A stretch of 64,000 nt of DNA, taken from assembly GCF_009914755.1 (NCBI RefSeq), contig NC_060945.1; one strand, given 5' to 3'. Shown here in pieces: positions 1 through 11,739 of the stretch (position 1 is the stretch's first letter; every line of letters begins with the position of its first letter). Both the position numbers and the translations under genes were made by a program. The notes beneath the pieces are model-generated. The model saw nothing but the letters and a program-made list of their open reading frames with translations. It ran no database searches and had not been told where the DNA came from. The DNA comes from the human T2T-CHM13v2.0 reference genome, Homo sapiens.

Positions 1-100
1 AATAGGTGTCTATGTAGATAGATGCACACATGTATATCTGTCTACATAGACAACTATTTGCATATACACGTATATATGCATATACACGTATAGGTACACG
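1..100. repeat. Low-complexity TA/CA-rich tract containing an imperfect palindrome
   Basis: tatgtagata/tatatgcatatacacg low complexity; 7-23 pairs with 36-52 (16/17). Confidence 0.7.
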
Positions 101-209
101 CATAATGAGTAAATGCAAATATGTCTATTTGTGTTTATGTAAAATTATGTATTAAGTAGTCTTTCTTCCATGCTCGATATTTCTTTTTTGTTCTTGTTAA
201 ATCAGAACA

Positions 210-376
210 CCTATAGCTAGAAGAGAAGAATTGTAATGTTGCCAACACAAAGAAAAAATAAATGTTTGAGGTGATAGACACCTCAATTGCCCTGATTTGA
301 TCATTACACATTGTATACATGCGTCGAAATATCGCATATACCCTCACAATCTGTACAACTATGACATAGCAATAGA
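210..376 (+). mobile_element. L1MA-type LINE-1 3' end fragment
   Basis: aacacaaagaaaaaataaatgtttgaggtgat...cctgatttgatcattacacattgtatacat matches recalled L1MA 3' UTR terminus. Confidence 0.8.
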
Positions 377-1399
377 AGATCTTGAAGAAATTCAGAATAT
401 CTAGCTTCTGCTTGGTCTTTGAATGGACTTCACAAAAGAAATCAAAAGTATGGTTGGAACTTATTTTTTAAATATTAAATAAATTTTAGAAATGTACCAT
501 ACTGCACATAAAAATTGAGTATTCACCTAGATGAGCATATGAATTATTATTTTTCTGCTGGTGAACAAATTTATTCAGTAGGATGAGATGTGTGGGAAAT
601 TGCCATTCACTATAAAATTAATGAAACAGAAAAAATTTCCTTTTACAATCTAATGCTTTTTTAACTTAACACAGACATTGAGATTCAAGTTTTTATTAAG
701 TGCAGCTTGATCAAATTTCAGCATGCATACATCACTATTGTTCATCAATAACTGAAGAAGATTTTGTTGACTACATTTTTATCAGATATTTCATGTGAAC
801 ATGAAAACAGAAAGAATGAGTGTGGGTTGATATAATGCCTCGGGAGGGTGCCAGGCTTTTCGTTCTCATAAGCACGTATTTTCAGATGCTTTGAGAAGGT
901 TAAACGATTTTGAAAACTTCATTATAATTTGGATTTCAGAAAGCCTATCCTAGAAATAAACGTTTCAATTAAATCTTCTTAAACCTTATGGTAAAAGAGT
1001 TTAAAGTCCCCTACCTTATGATTGTAGAAATTAAAATCATCTTATAGGTGGGCTATGAAGAGAAAATTTTTATTAGATGTAGTCAAAAAAGTAGAATTTT
1101 TTACATGAATAAAAATAATTAAGATTTGTTATGTTTTTAGTTTGTATGGGAGTATGTATGTGTTCCCTTGGGCTTAATTTTTAAGATTAATATTTTTACA
1201 AAAGATTACATTTTTTTCTTATATGGGACTTATCACAAAATTAAAGCTGAAGAATAGAGACATGATTTGTTTACCATATGCAAGCATTTGGATATTTGTT
1301 CTAAAATGGAAATACATTTTACAGAATTCTTAAGGTAGCATGAAAGCTAAGTTTATGCAAAAGAAAAATAACAGGTTCTAGTGGCTCGTAAGAAATGTT

Positions 1400-1772
1400 T
1401 GGTATTTCAGAGATATTCCAAAAAAGTGAATCAAGGGTTCAACTTGTTCCTTCACCATCATATAGGGCATGGTCCTATTCTTCATCTTTGAGTATCAGCA
1501 TAGCCATATTTTAATTCCAGGCCACAACAAGACAAAGAGAGAATGGAAGACCTCACACATAATGCTTTAAAGTTAAAGCCTGCAAGTGTTACACATTATT
1601 TCTGCCCGCCCCCAGTTGGCCTGAGCTAATTTACGTGACTGTTCATGACTGCAAGGAAAGTTGTGAAGCACAGTCTCCGGCGATGTCAGTTCAAACTCTG
1701 GTGGGAGGTTCATTGATTAAAAGGAGGAAACAGAGAATACATGGTGGGAGATGGGAAGATGTATCTGTCACC
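1400..1772 (-). mobile_element. Old ERVL-MaLR LTR (MLT1J/K/L-like)
   Basis: ttggcctgagctaatttacgtgac...actgcaaggaaagttgtgaagcacagtct resembles antisense MLT1J/K motif; highly diverged. Confidence 0.55.
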
Positions 1773-2093
1773 CAGATGTCTGGCAAAGGTTTTGTTATTT
1801 TAATCTCGTGGAAGAGGCTAAAGAATAACAGAATGAGTTGAATTCAGAATGTTATAATTTGTGCTACAATCAGTTGTCTAAAAAGCTATGTTTATACCTA
1901 TGCCTATTTCTTTTGTGACTTAAATCTTGGAGGCCAGCCATATTTAGTTATTTTTGTAAAAGTTACCAAATTACAATATTAGGCACATTTTTCAAAATGA
2001 TGCTCTCGTCTTCTTATTATGCTTGGGTCGTTTATAATATATTGAGGTTTTGCAAAAACAAACTGATGTAAGATACAGTATGCATTATCTTAC

Positions 2094-2144
2094 ATCATAC
2101 ATACATACATACATACATATGAAAAGGAGAGAGAGAGAGAGAGA
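2094..2144. repeat. (TACA)n followed by (GA)n microsatellites
   Basis: direct reading. Confidence 0.9.
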
Positions 2145-2595
2145 CAGTAATAGAGATATCTATGAAATTGGAATCAGGTTAAACATATTTCAACTGACCC
2201 TAAATTCCTTAAAAATATTTCTTTGTAGGTATTCTGATTTAAACCACTAGTTTAATGAAATGCAACCACTAATTAGGGTTACTCTGTGTTATTCTTACAG
2301 TGATTCATTCTTCTAAGTTCCAAACTCCTCAAGATATTTGTGTGTCTATGTATTTTTTCTCTGTAAGAGACAATTTTGGGTATTCTTAATTAAAAGCAGC
2401 CACTGTCACAGTAAGAATAAACACTATCAGAATGTTGGGGAGGGAGGAGAGAGAGAGTGTGAAGATGCTGGAGCTTGAAGAAGGGCTTATGATTGTGATC
2501 TGAAGAACAAGCTCTAAGACCTAAGACAGGTGGAAGGGACTCGGGACCATAATGAAACCCCCTGAGCCAAACCCATGAGAAATGATGGAAGTGGT

Positions 2596-2653
2596 AAGAA
2601 GAAAAAAAAAAAAAGGAAAAGAAAGAAAGAAAGAAAGAAAGAAGGAAGAAAAA
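2596..2653. repeat. A-rich/(GAAA)n simple repeat
   Basis: direct reading. Confidence 0.9.
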
Positions 2654-2757
2654 TATAGACAGTGGGTTTCAGAATAAGTAGGAGTCTGCAACTGACAATG
2701 AAAAGTAACAATTTTTTTCACAATCATTCAAAGCAAATCCAAACTATTTACGATGCT

Positions 2758-3350
2758 TTTTGCTACGACAGAAAGCCCTTCTCAAACTAACTTAAATCAT
2801 AAGGAACTTTTTAATGCAGATGTGTGTGCTGGAATATTTTTGAGATTAAAAACTGATTTATTTTCATGCCTCTAGCTCTATTTCCCTGATTCTCCCCAAG
2901 TGCCCACTTCATCTTCAGGTGGTAACAAAACGATAACACCTCTTAACATTTTCACAGAGGGCTAGAGGGAGAAAATGTCCAGAGGAGAATAAGAAGAAAA
3001 AAACCTTCCTAAAGTCTCCAGTAAATACCTTTACAATCCACTGTCACGTATTGGACCACAGGCTCATTTTTTACCCAAACATGACAAATAGTGACCTTAC
3101 ATCCCAGTTTGCCCAAAAGTGTTGTTACCTATTACTCTGTTGTAATTAAATAGTACCTTCTTTCACTTTCAAAACTGACCCAGTTTAAATAATAAATTAT
3201 GTCACTATTCCAACTAACATCAATCTGGTCAAACCCTGAAATGTGAGATGTGATCAGCCATTTTGGGGGCACATGTGCAAGATGAAGAAGGGATAGAGCT
3301 GAATGAAATCAAGGTTCTTTATGAAGAAAAAGAAGATGTCTCTAACAATC
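2758..3350 (-). mobile_element. Diverged MLT1K/L-like LTR fragments, interrupted by MER81
   Basis: ttgctacgacagaaagcccttctcaaactaacttaaat resembles MLT1K/L antisense start; remainder very decayed. Confidence 0.4.
3088..3208. mobile_element. MER81-like hAT-Blackjack MITE
   Basis: terminal inverted repeats atagtgac (3088-3095)/gtcactat (3201-3208); internal cccagtttgccc...tttcactttcaaaactgacccagttt...ataaattat as in MER81. Confidence 0.75.
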
Positions 3351-3360
3351 AGAAATGTCA

Positions 3361-3757
3361 TACATGGAATCTTTTCCTGAATTTCCTCCCAAATTCAAAT
3401 GTTGAAGCCTGACCTCCAATGTGACTGTATTTTGAAATAGGGCCTATAAGGATGTAATAAGAGTTAAGTGAGGTCATGAAGGTAAGATCTTAATCCCATC
3501 GGAGTGGTGTCTTTATAAGCAAAGAAAGAGAGTCTAAGTGTTTTTCTCTCTCCTTGTTTGCAGAGAAGAGACTACGCAAGGACATAGTGAGAGGGCAGCC
3601 ATCTGCGAGCCACAAACAGAGGCCTCACCAGAAACCAACCCTGCAGGCACCTTGATCTTGGACTTCCAGCTTGCAGACTGTGAGAATATACATTTCTGTT
3701 GGGTAAGCCATCCAGTCTGTAGTACTTTATTATGACAGCCCTTATCAGACTACTACA
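3361..3757 (+). mobile_element. MLT1A/MLT1B solo LTR (ERVL-MaLR)
   Basis: caaattcaaatgttgaagcc...ggcaccttgatcttggacttccagc...gactgtgaga...gactactaca end. Confidence 0.85.
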
Positions 3758-4849
3758 TAGAGTATTCGGGCATTTGTAGGCACTTACCTGCCATGCTGGC
3801 TAGTTTCAATTGCGAGTGCTTGGGAGAAACATGAGCTTTACTTTTCTTTTCTTTTTTTTTTTTTTCACTCCATCTGCCTCTGTGTTTAGAATTCTCTGTT
3901 TTTCTAATTATGGAGCTAACCTCTCAACTCCTTGAATGAAGAGGCTGAATGCCACACAGTCCCCGGGCTTTTAAAATGCCATATGCTATGTGTATATTCT
4001 TGGATAATTGTGAACCACTTTAGACTTCCCCTATGCCCCACTTATGGGTTGACTGATGTGTGGTAACTTGAATGGGCTCAATATAAAATCTCTCTGGCTT
4101 GTACAAGGAAAAAACAGAGAAAACAGAGAACCTTTTAATAAAAGATGAAAGAATGTTGAAGAGGGCTTAAAAGGGAAGGATTCAATCAGAATTATAGTAA
4201 ACTTCATGGTCCAAATTTGAGAGAAAGGTGATTTTTAAGCCTAACCCCAGCTTGGATTTTCCTCGTGTTTGTTCTAATGTACCTACTTCTACTCACTTTT
4301 TTCTCTCCTAATTGAAAAGGCTTTTTGATGGAAAAGATCATTTTTCATATGCTGTCTTTGTCCTTAAATAAACAGAGAACCTCAGGTTAAATCCCCTTAG
4401 AGCTATGTTAGATTTGCTTTCCATCAAGTTTGTTATTAAGGCATATTTACCAAGATAGAGAGTACCTGATCTAGGCACTCATTTTAAATTTAATGTACAA
4501 GTTCTGGAAAATGCAGGGCCAGAACGGGTGGAAGATATCCTGGGTGTACATATTTCGGCTGGGCTGATATTGTCACCACCAAATTGTTCGGGCTGCAGAA
4601 ACATTTGTTTACATATCACTATAGAGGATGCAAAATTGCATTTTTTAAACATGTTCAGGAGAATCTGGGAGAGCAACATGTAAGTTAACGAGTAATTTTT
4701 GCATTAAAACATAAATATTAACACTAAGTATGCACAGTTCAAGTCAGCTTTTTCTTCCGAAAGAGCTAAGGTCGGGCACAATTTGCAGCTCTTTGAATTG
4801 CAAAAGAAGCTTTCGTTTTTCTGAGAGTTTTGGATTTCAGAATTGGATA

Positions 4850-4990
4850 AGGGGTTATAGATCTGCAATATCTTCACCACCGAGATTTATGAGGAAGAAA
4901 CTGAGACAGAGAGTAAAGTAACATACTTACAGCTGGTACCCAAGGAAGGCATGATTCAAATCCCTGCAGTGCAGATTCATTATGCCATCT
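4850..4990 (-). mobile_element. MIR SINE fragment
   Basis: gaggaagaaactgagacagagag...gattcaaatccc antisense MIR core. Confidence 0.55.
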
Positions 4991-6485
4991 CAGTGAATTG
5001 AATAATGAAGCAAGAGAAAGTCTCTCTTTGATGGGGTGAGGAATATGTCTTGGAGGAGGTGGCATTTGAGCTTTACTCTGTTCGATTTTTACAAGTGTTT
5101 TAGTTACTCTATGCTTTTTCTCACCAAGTAAATTTAACAGGTTTAGTAAAGGCATGAAGGAAAGAAATTCAAAGGTGACCTGTGAATGAGTTTAACTGGG
5201 ATAGTTGGAAATAGGACCTAAAAAGAAAAGGGAGCCAAATCTTGGATTAGTGCTTGGAAATTCAAATACTATTCTGAAGTAACAGGAACATAATTGAATG
5301 ATGAAATGGTATAGTCAGAGTTGCAGGAGGTTAATGAGATAACAATACATGAGGAGAGAGAATGGTAGTGATTAATTGAAATGCCCTCACAATATGTAAC
5401 TTCCATAACTAAAGCAAAATAATTACTGCCCTTCACCATGCTCTGTAGGTCATTGCAAAATTCACATGAACTTTTGTTCCTACGTTTCTTTTAACAAAAC
5501 AAATTTGAACTAGGTCCATGAATATTAACATATGACATGGTCCTGTTCTCACCACAGTTGAGTCCAACCTGTGGCTCAGGTAGTATTAGAGACACAATAT
5601 GTACTTCTGGAAATTTGTAAGTTCAAAACTAACTTGAGAGATATTTTTAATAGAATACTAGTCAACATTTGGTATTTAGTTAATACTTTGATGAGTTTAA
5701 AGATTCACTATAAAAGACTTTAGAAATGGCAATATTAAGAAGAAATATTTTGAGATACATGGTTATCTCACACTGTTCCAAGTTGTAATTCTATAATATA
5801 AACACAACCTACTACATTGAGCCAAGGGTCCTATCTAAAGATATCACTTATCGAGTGAGTATAATGCATTGAGGTAACTGAAAATGGAATGTTCCTATAA
5901 GAGAAGAAGGGAGGAGAAAGTAATATAATTAAATAGAAAATATCCTTTCTCAATGTGTTGAAATAAATCAACATTGACTACAGAAAGGGAATCAACAAAA
6001 TAAGATGTCAAAATCTATAATAAAATATCAAAAATATAGAAGTAAATAGAAACATGTTAGCTGTAGGTTAAAAGTTACTGTTGCTTCTGTTATCAGTATA
6101 TAAGAGAATTAACTACAATAGCACTCAAATGACACGAGGATTATTAAAATTCTGTCAAATTCCCTATTACGAAGCTCATAGTTTCATACTCAGCCATATA
6201 ACTTGCCTCACAGCTGAAATTTAGGGCACAGCTGAAGAATAAGAAATTTCACTTTCTAAATGGATACCTTGGATAAAAATGTACACTCTCTATGTATGTA
6301 GGTGTGTGTATCTATGTATATGTATGTGTATTTCTATACACACATATACATATAAATTTGAAATAAAAATAATTATTTTAATATAAAGTTTTCAAAAGTT
6401 AATTTGTTGTCAACACTTTAGAAAGTTTAGTCTGTTACTCACTAGTCAACACTTTGTTTATGAGCTACTGATTCTCATTTTTTGT

Positions 6486-7525
6486 GTTTTTTTTAACTTT
6501 TAATTTAAGTTCGGGGGTACATATGTAGGTTTGTTATATAGGTAAACTCATATCACAGAGGTTAGTTGTAGAGATTATTTCATCACCCAAGTACTAAGCC
6601 TAGTACCCAATATTTATTTTTTCTGCTCCTTGCCCTCCTCCCATCCTGCACCCTCAAGTAGTCCCTATTGTCTATTGTGTCCATGAGTTTTCATCATTTA
6701 GCTCCCACTTATAAGTGAGAACATGTGGTGTTTGCTTTTCCATTCCTGCATTAGTTTACTAAGAATAATAGCCTCCAGCTCTATTCATGTTCCTTCAAAA
6801 GACATGATCTCATTCTTTTTTATGGCTGCATAGTATTCCATGGTGTATATATATTTTTTCTTTATCCAATCTGTTTTCTTTATCCAATCTGTCATTGATT
6901 GGCATATAGGTTGATTCCATGTCTTTGCTATTGTGCATAGTGTTGCAGTTAACATTCATGCACATGTGTCTTTGTGGTAGAATAATTTATATTCCTCAGG
7001 GCATATACTCAGTAATGGGATTGCTGGATTGAATGGTAGTTTTGTTTTCAGCGATTTGAGGAATCACCATACTGTTTTCCACAATGGTTGAACTACTTTA
7101 TCCTCTCACCAGCAATGTTTAAGTCTTCCCTTTTCTCTGAAACCTTGCCAGCATCTGTTATTTTTCACTCTTTAATAGTAGCTGTTCTACTGGTGCAAGA
7201 TGGTATCTTTATGTGGCTTTGATTTGCATTTCTCTAATAATAAGTGATGTTGAGCTTTTCTTCATATTCTTGTTGGCTGCATGCATGTCTTCTTTAGAAA
7301 AGTGACTGTTCATTTTCTTTGTGCACTTTTTAATGGGGTTGTTTTTCTTGTAAATTTGTTTAAGTTTCTTATAGATGCTAGATATTAGACCTTTGTCAGA
7401 TGCATAGTTTGCCAATATATTTTCTCCCATTTTGTAGGTTGTCTATTTACTCTGCTGATAGTTTCTTTTGCTGTGCAGAAGCTCTTGAGTTTAATTAGAT
7501 CCCATTTGTCAATTTTTGCTTTTGT
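6486..7525 (-). mobile_element. 5'-truncated L1PA13-15-type LINE-1 (3' UTR plus ORF2 end)
   Basis: poly-T start, antisense L1 3' UTR, ORF2 C-terminal remnant (ORF 7209-7430); probable TSD tcattttttgt 6475-6485 / 7526-7537. Confidence 0.92.
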
Positions 7526-9705
7526 TCATTTTTTTGTTTTTCACCAGAACACTCTCTTTTCAGTGGTGTCACTTTCCTTAAACATTATATTTACAGAAAT
7601 TTATCGTACATGGTTTATAGTCATGCTTTTACCAAGTTTTCTATTTACTTATTACTGTTTCACTTTTCCCATCAACTCTAAAGGGCATTTTTGAGTTTAA
7701 ATATTTAATTGCGGGTATTTTCTAATGTTTTAAAGTGAAGATCATCCACAAAGACTGACTACAACAGACCTTGGACTAATCCACCATCAGTCATGCTTAT
7801 GTGTAAGTCATTGAAAAAAATTCTTAGTCCCAATTTTATCTTCATTTGTGTACTTTTCATTATTGTCCTTTGTTTTACTGATTTTTTTTAAAAAAAAGTA
7901 AAACAAGTAATGCATAGAAAATTAAAAATATAAACTTTAGTGGTAAAATTGATATGGGTAAAACAAGAAAAAGGAAGAACATGCTGAGCAGGTTTTCCTG
8001 GACACTTTTACGTTTATTGTATGTCCCAGCCTCTACAACAGGGATGTTGGAAGAAGCAAGAGACTTTTCTATGCAACATTCTTACAGAAATCATGTTTTG
8101 CAAAGTTAAGCTACTTGATTATGTTGAAATTCAAGTACTGGCTAAATATAATTCCCAGATGAGCATACTTATGCATATCATCCATTATTAACTTCTGTAC
8201 AATATTAAATATAAACTACTTCCAGGCAGCCTGGCATGAATTAAAAATATGAATGCCACCATATTATTGATTATTGTTCTACATGGTTACACTTTAATAT
8301 GCATAGTAATGCAAAATAAATATGCTAAGAGTTCTTCAATAATAAACATGCCATTCCTCTGAAAATGCTAGGATATATATGCAGTACAAAATTCATACAC
8401 TATGTAAACTCTTAAATGAAAGAGTTCGTAAAACGGTCTACTATTTCAAATATAGTTCTCTATCACAACATATTCAAATTATTAGGTGTTTTCTCTGTGG
8501 AGTATTTTCAATATTTTACAGATGTTGGAATAATCGTGAGATTTCTGTAATACAGAATGCGTTCCATTGTTATTATTAATAATAGTCTCTACTATAAATC
8601 ACATCAATCACTGTGTGAGCATTTTGCACATGTAATCTCAAATTCTCATAGAGAAATACTGTTGGCTACACAGACTCAGTAATTTCAATCATGATACTAT
8701 TGTTTTAAACCCATCAATATGCTAATCCATTCTGCCAGGTGCAAGAGAAACCAAAGAGTAATAAAGTAATTTCAGAGCCTTCTGACCTCAAAAAGACTAT
8801 CATTCAACTAAGGAGATAGATTACAAACAAACAAGATGCCAACTAATTCAAGGCTTCTCTATCATGAGTGAAATATTTTCATAGTCTGCTACCTAATAGT
8901 TTCACTCTTAATTGCCAAAAAAAAAATTACTTGATCCGTATGGGTGTGTGTGAATTCATACACAAACTTAAAAAATAATTACATTTATTATCTTATTAGA
9001 ATCAATAGATGGAACTACATTAATCTAAAAGAAAAATGAGAATTTCATCAGAATCAATATCAAAGTTAAATTAATCTTTCTTTAATAAAACAAGGCACAA
9101 GCATTCAGAGTTTATAATTGGAGTTGCTAGGCTAAAGAATTACTATAGGGAAGGAATAATTTCTAAATACAACCATCTTTATTTCCAGTCAGAAAGCAAT
9201 GACTATTTCCAAGCTACATTGGGCTGAATTTCCTGCTAACAAATGTGATAATATAGAACTCTATGAAAATTAATGTTCCAATGAGAGCTCCTAAAATGAT
9301 GTCCTCAAAAAATAATATTGGTGCATTAAAATAAAGAATTACACATTAAGTTCAAAGTTAAAACTCTCATAGCATTAGTGCAAAAATAGGCTGGGATGTA
9401 TTTACTTAATTTTTTCCTTTTAAACACTTTTTAAAGTGTTAGAGATGTTTATAGAAATTAATCTACACAAAGATGAAGAATGTAGTGAGGCTCATTTAGT
9501 AGAAACTTTCAGAGGTATTTCAAGCAAATACAATGAAGAATTTCAGAAATAGTATTAAATTACTATTATTGATACAAGACAACCCTTTTCACTGTCATTC
9601 ATTCTATAGTAAGTTTCTTGATGAGAGTTTCATGCCACTATGGTACTCAGTTTGATTATACCTGAGCCATCATGTGTCAAATTACTTTTGTGTCTCAGAA
9701 ACCAA

Positions 9706-9795
9706 CCTCCCTTCCTCCCTCCTTCCTTCCTTCTTTCTTTCCTTCCTTCCTTTCTCCCTCTCTGTCCCCCTTTCTTTTTTTCATTCTTTCTGCTT
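9706..9795. repeat. CT-rich (CCTT/CTTT)n tract
   Basis: direct reading. Confidence 0.85.
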
Positions 9796-10199
9796 TTATT
9801 TAGACTTTGAGGCCCTATTAGGTGTCGTAAAGAACATTCTGTGCAGTTTGGAAATGAGCCAACTGTGAAAAACACATATCTTGCCACTACCCTTACTATA
9901 CCACTACCAACATGTATGCACATACTTCTGTCCAGGTTGATCCTGCTTTAGGATCATATTTGAATAAAAGAAAATGAATATAAATTAGTGAACAACTTGT
10001 GTTAAGTATATCAGTTGTGTTTATTATGCAAGTATGTACAAGTAGGGTAGGTGGAGAACATGTTGAGGTGGAGCCTAATAATCAGCAGCATCATGAGCTG
10101 CATAGTTATGGTTCCACCTCTACTCAAGGGTCCGTATTTAGGCTCCATGCACTGGCATGACTGTGTTCTGAATGACCCATGCCCATTCTGAATGAGTAA

Positions 10200-10263
10200 T
10201 GTTCATTTTGATTGGATGATGCCTTGCTTTACAAGTTGTTAAATATTTTGAAATATCACCCCC
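10200..10263 (-). mobile_element. Possible end of an ancient hAT-type DNA transposon
   Basis: ttgttaaatattttgaaatatcacccc resembles a recalled hAT terminal sequence; family not identified. Confidence 0.3.
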
Positions 10264-10271
10264 TCCTCTGC

Positions 10272-10380
10272 TAGGTGATATTGGGCAAACCAATTATCTC
10301 TCAACCTCAGTTTTTCAACTGTGAAATGACATTTGAACTGTAGAGTCTCCAAAGTCTCTTTCAGTCATTACGATCTATCA
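10272..10380 (+). mobile_element. MIR/MIR3 fragment
   Basis: gtgatattgggcaa...cctcagtttttcaactgtgaaatg MIR core. Confidence 0.65.
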
Positions 10381-10516
10381 TTTAGGGCTTAAGTACACAC
10401 AGCAAATAGGAGTAATGGTGCAGAATGAGGATGTCAGAGAGTAAAGTTTTCAGAATATTCTAATAAAACTAGTAGTTTAGGAAGGTACAATATCAACTCT
10501 TTTTTTTATGGGAGAG

Positions 10517-10672
10517 TTTTTATTTATTTTTTATTTACAACTTTTATTTCAAGTTCAGGGGTACATGTGCAGATGTGCAGGTTTGTTACATAAACGTGTG
10601 CCATGGTGATTAGTTCCACAGATTTTCCCATCATCTAGGTATTAAGCCCAGCATCCATTAGCTATTTTTCCT
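10517..10672 (-). mobile_element. Short L1PA (approx. L1PA8-11) 3' end
   Basis: aagttcaggggtacatgtgcag...ctaggtattaagcccagcatccattagctatt. Confidence 0.85.
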
Positions 10673-11203
10673 CATACAACATCAACACTTAAACTAGCAA
10701 TTGAGAGGAGATGTTGCAGGGTCTTCTGGAGATTATCTTCTCAATTAGTTGACTTGGGTCTACATGGAGCTGGGATTTCTCTGGTTTTGTAAAACTAAGC
10801 CTAAAGAATATGAAAACTGATGCTAAATATGCTCTAATTCTACAAACTTGCCAAGCAAATTCTGCTTTCTTGAAACAGAGCTGCATAGCTGGAAATTTCC
10901 AAAATAATGTCTACATTTTCAATTTAATTGTTTTCCTTAAATAAAAGGGTGGAAATTGACTTCAACTGGTTTAATTGATATGGTACATGTAAAAACACTT
11001 TAGTAATAATATAAGTACACTAAGCAAACATTAGTAAGGTATTGTTAGCTGCCATAGTATGCTATCATTCTTGGCTCATAAATATATGGTGTATCACATC
11101 TACTATATTACAGGCATTGAGTTACCTCTTGAGGACACAAATAAACTACTTGCACTCATATCTTTTTCTCAGAATCTGCTTCTGGGAAATCCCAACATAA
11201 ATT

Positions 11204-11258
11204 AATATGTGTGCATGCATGCACGTGCACACACACACACACACACACGTGTACATGC
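11204..11258. repeat. Alternating purine-pyrimidine tract with (CA)n
   Basis: atatgtgtgcatgcatgcacgtgcac(ac)n gtgtacatgc. Confidence 0.9.
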
Positions 11259-11739
11259 TAATACATTGAGGGACAGTGTATGACAGTAAGACATTATGGG
11301 CAGCTGGAACACCATGTACAAAAGCATATAAGTGACAAATAGAGAGATGAGTTATTGGAAGATGTAATGTTTTACAGAAAAACTAGAGAATACAACATAT
11401 ACAGGGAATGCTAAGAGAACATTCTGTGTTGGATGATATGAGCAAGAACTTAAATGGATTTGTATAGCTCATTAAAAGTATTTTATAATTTCTCATGAAG
11501 GGCATTGGAAACCCACTGAGAAAGCATTTTCCAATCAAAGGGACTAGCTTAGGTACAAATCCTATTGCTTAAAGAAGTTTTATATATTATTTTAAAATAA
11601 CAGAGAGATCTAAATAGGTTAATGGGAAGATGTTAGATGAGCAATGTATGGATACCACAGTTATTATAATTGTTTAATATTCATTTTTTTGGGTTTATTA
11701 ACACATATCCGTTACCAGTGGGGGAAAAAACCTAAACTT

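Noticed and set aside
3781-3800. acttacctg resembling the U1 snRNA 5' end
   Set aside because: Similarity stops after about 9 nt; it is just the complement of a 5' splice site
4479-4683. Overlapping open frames on both strands (about 60-66 aa)
   Set aside because: No recognisable protein similarity or domain; length within chance expectation
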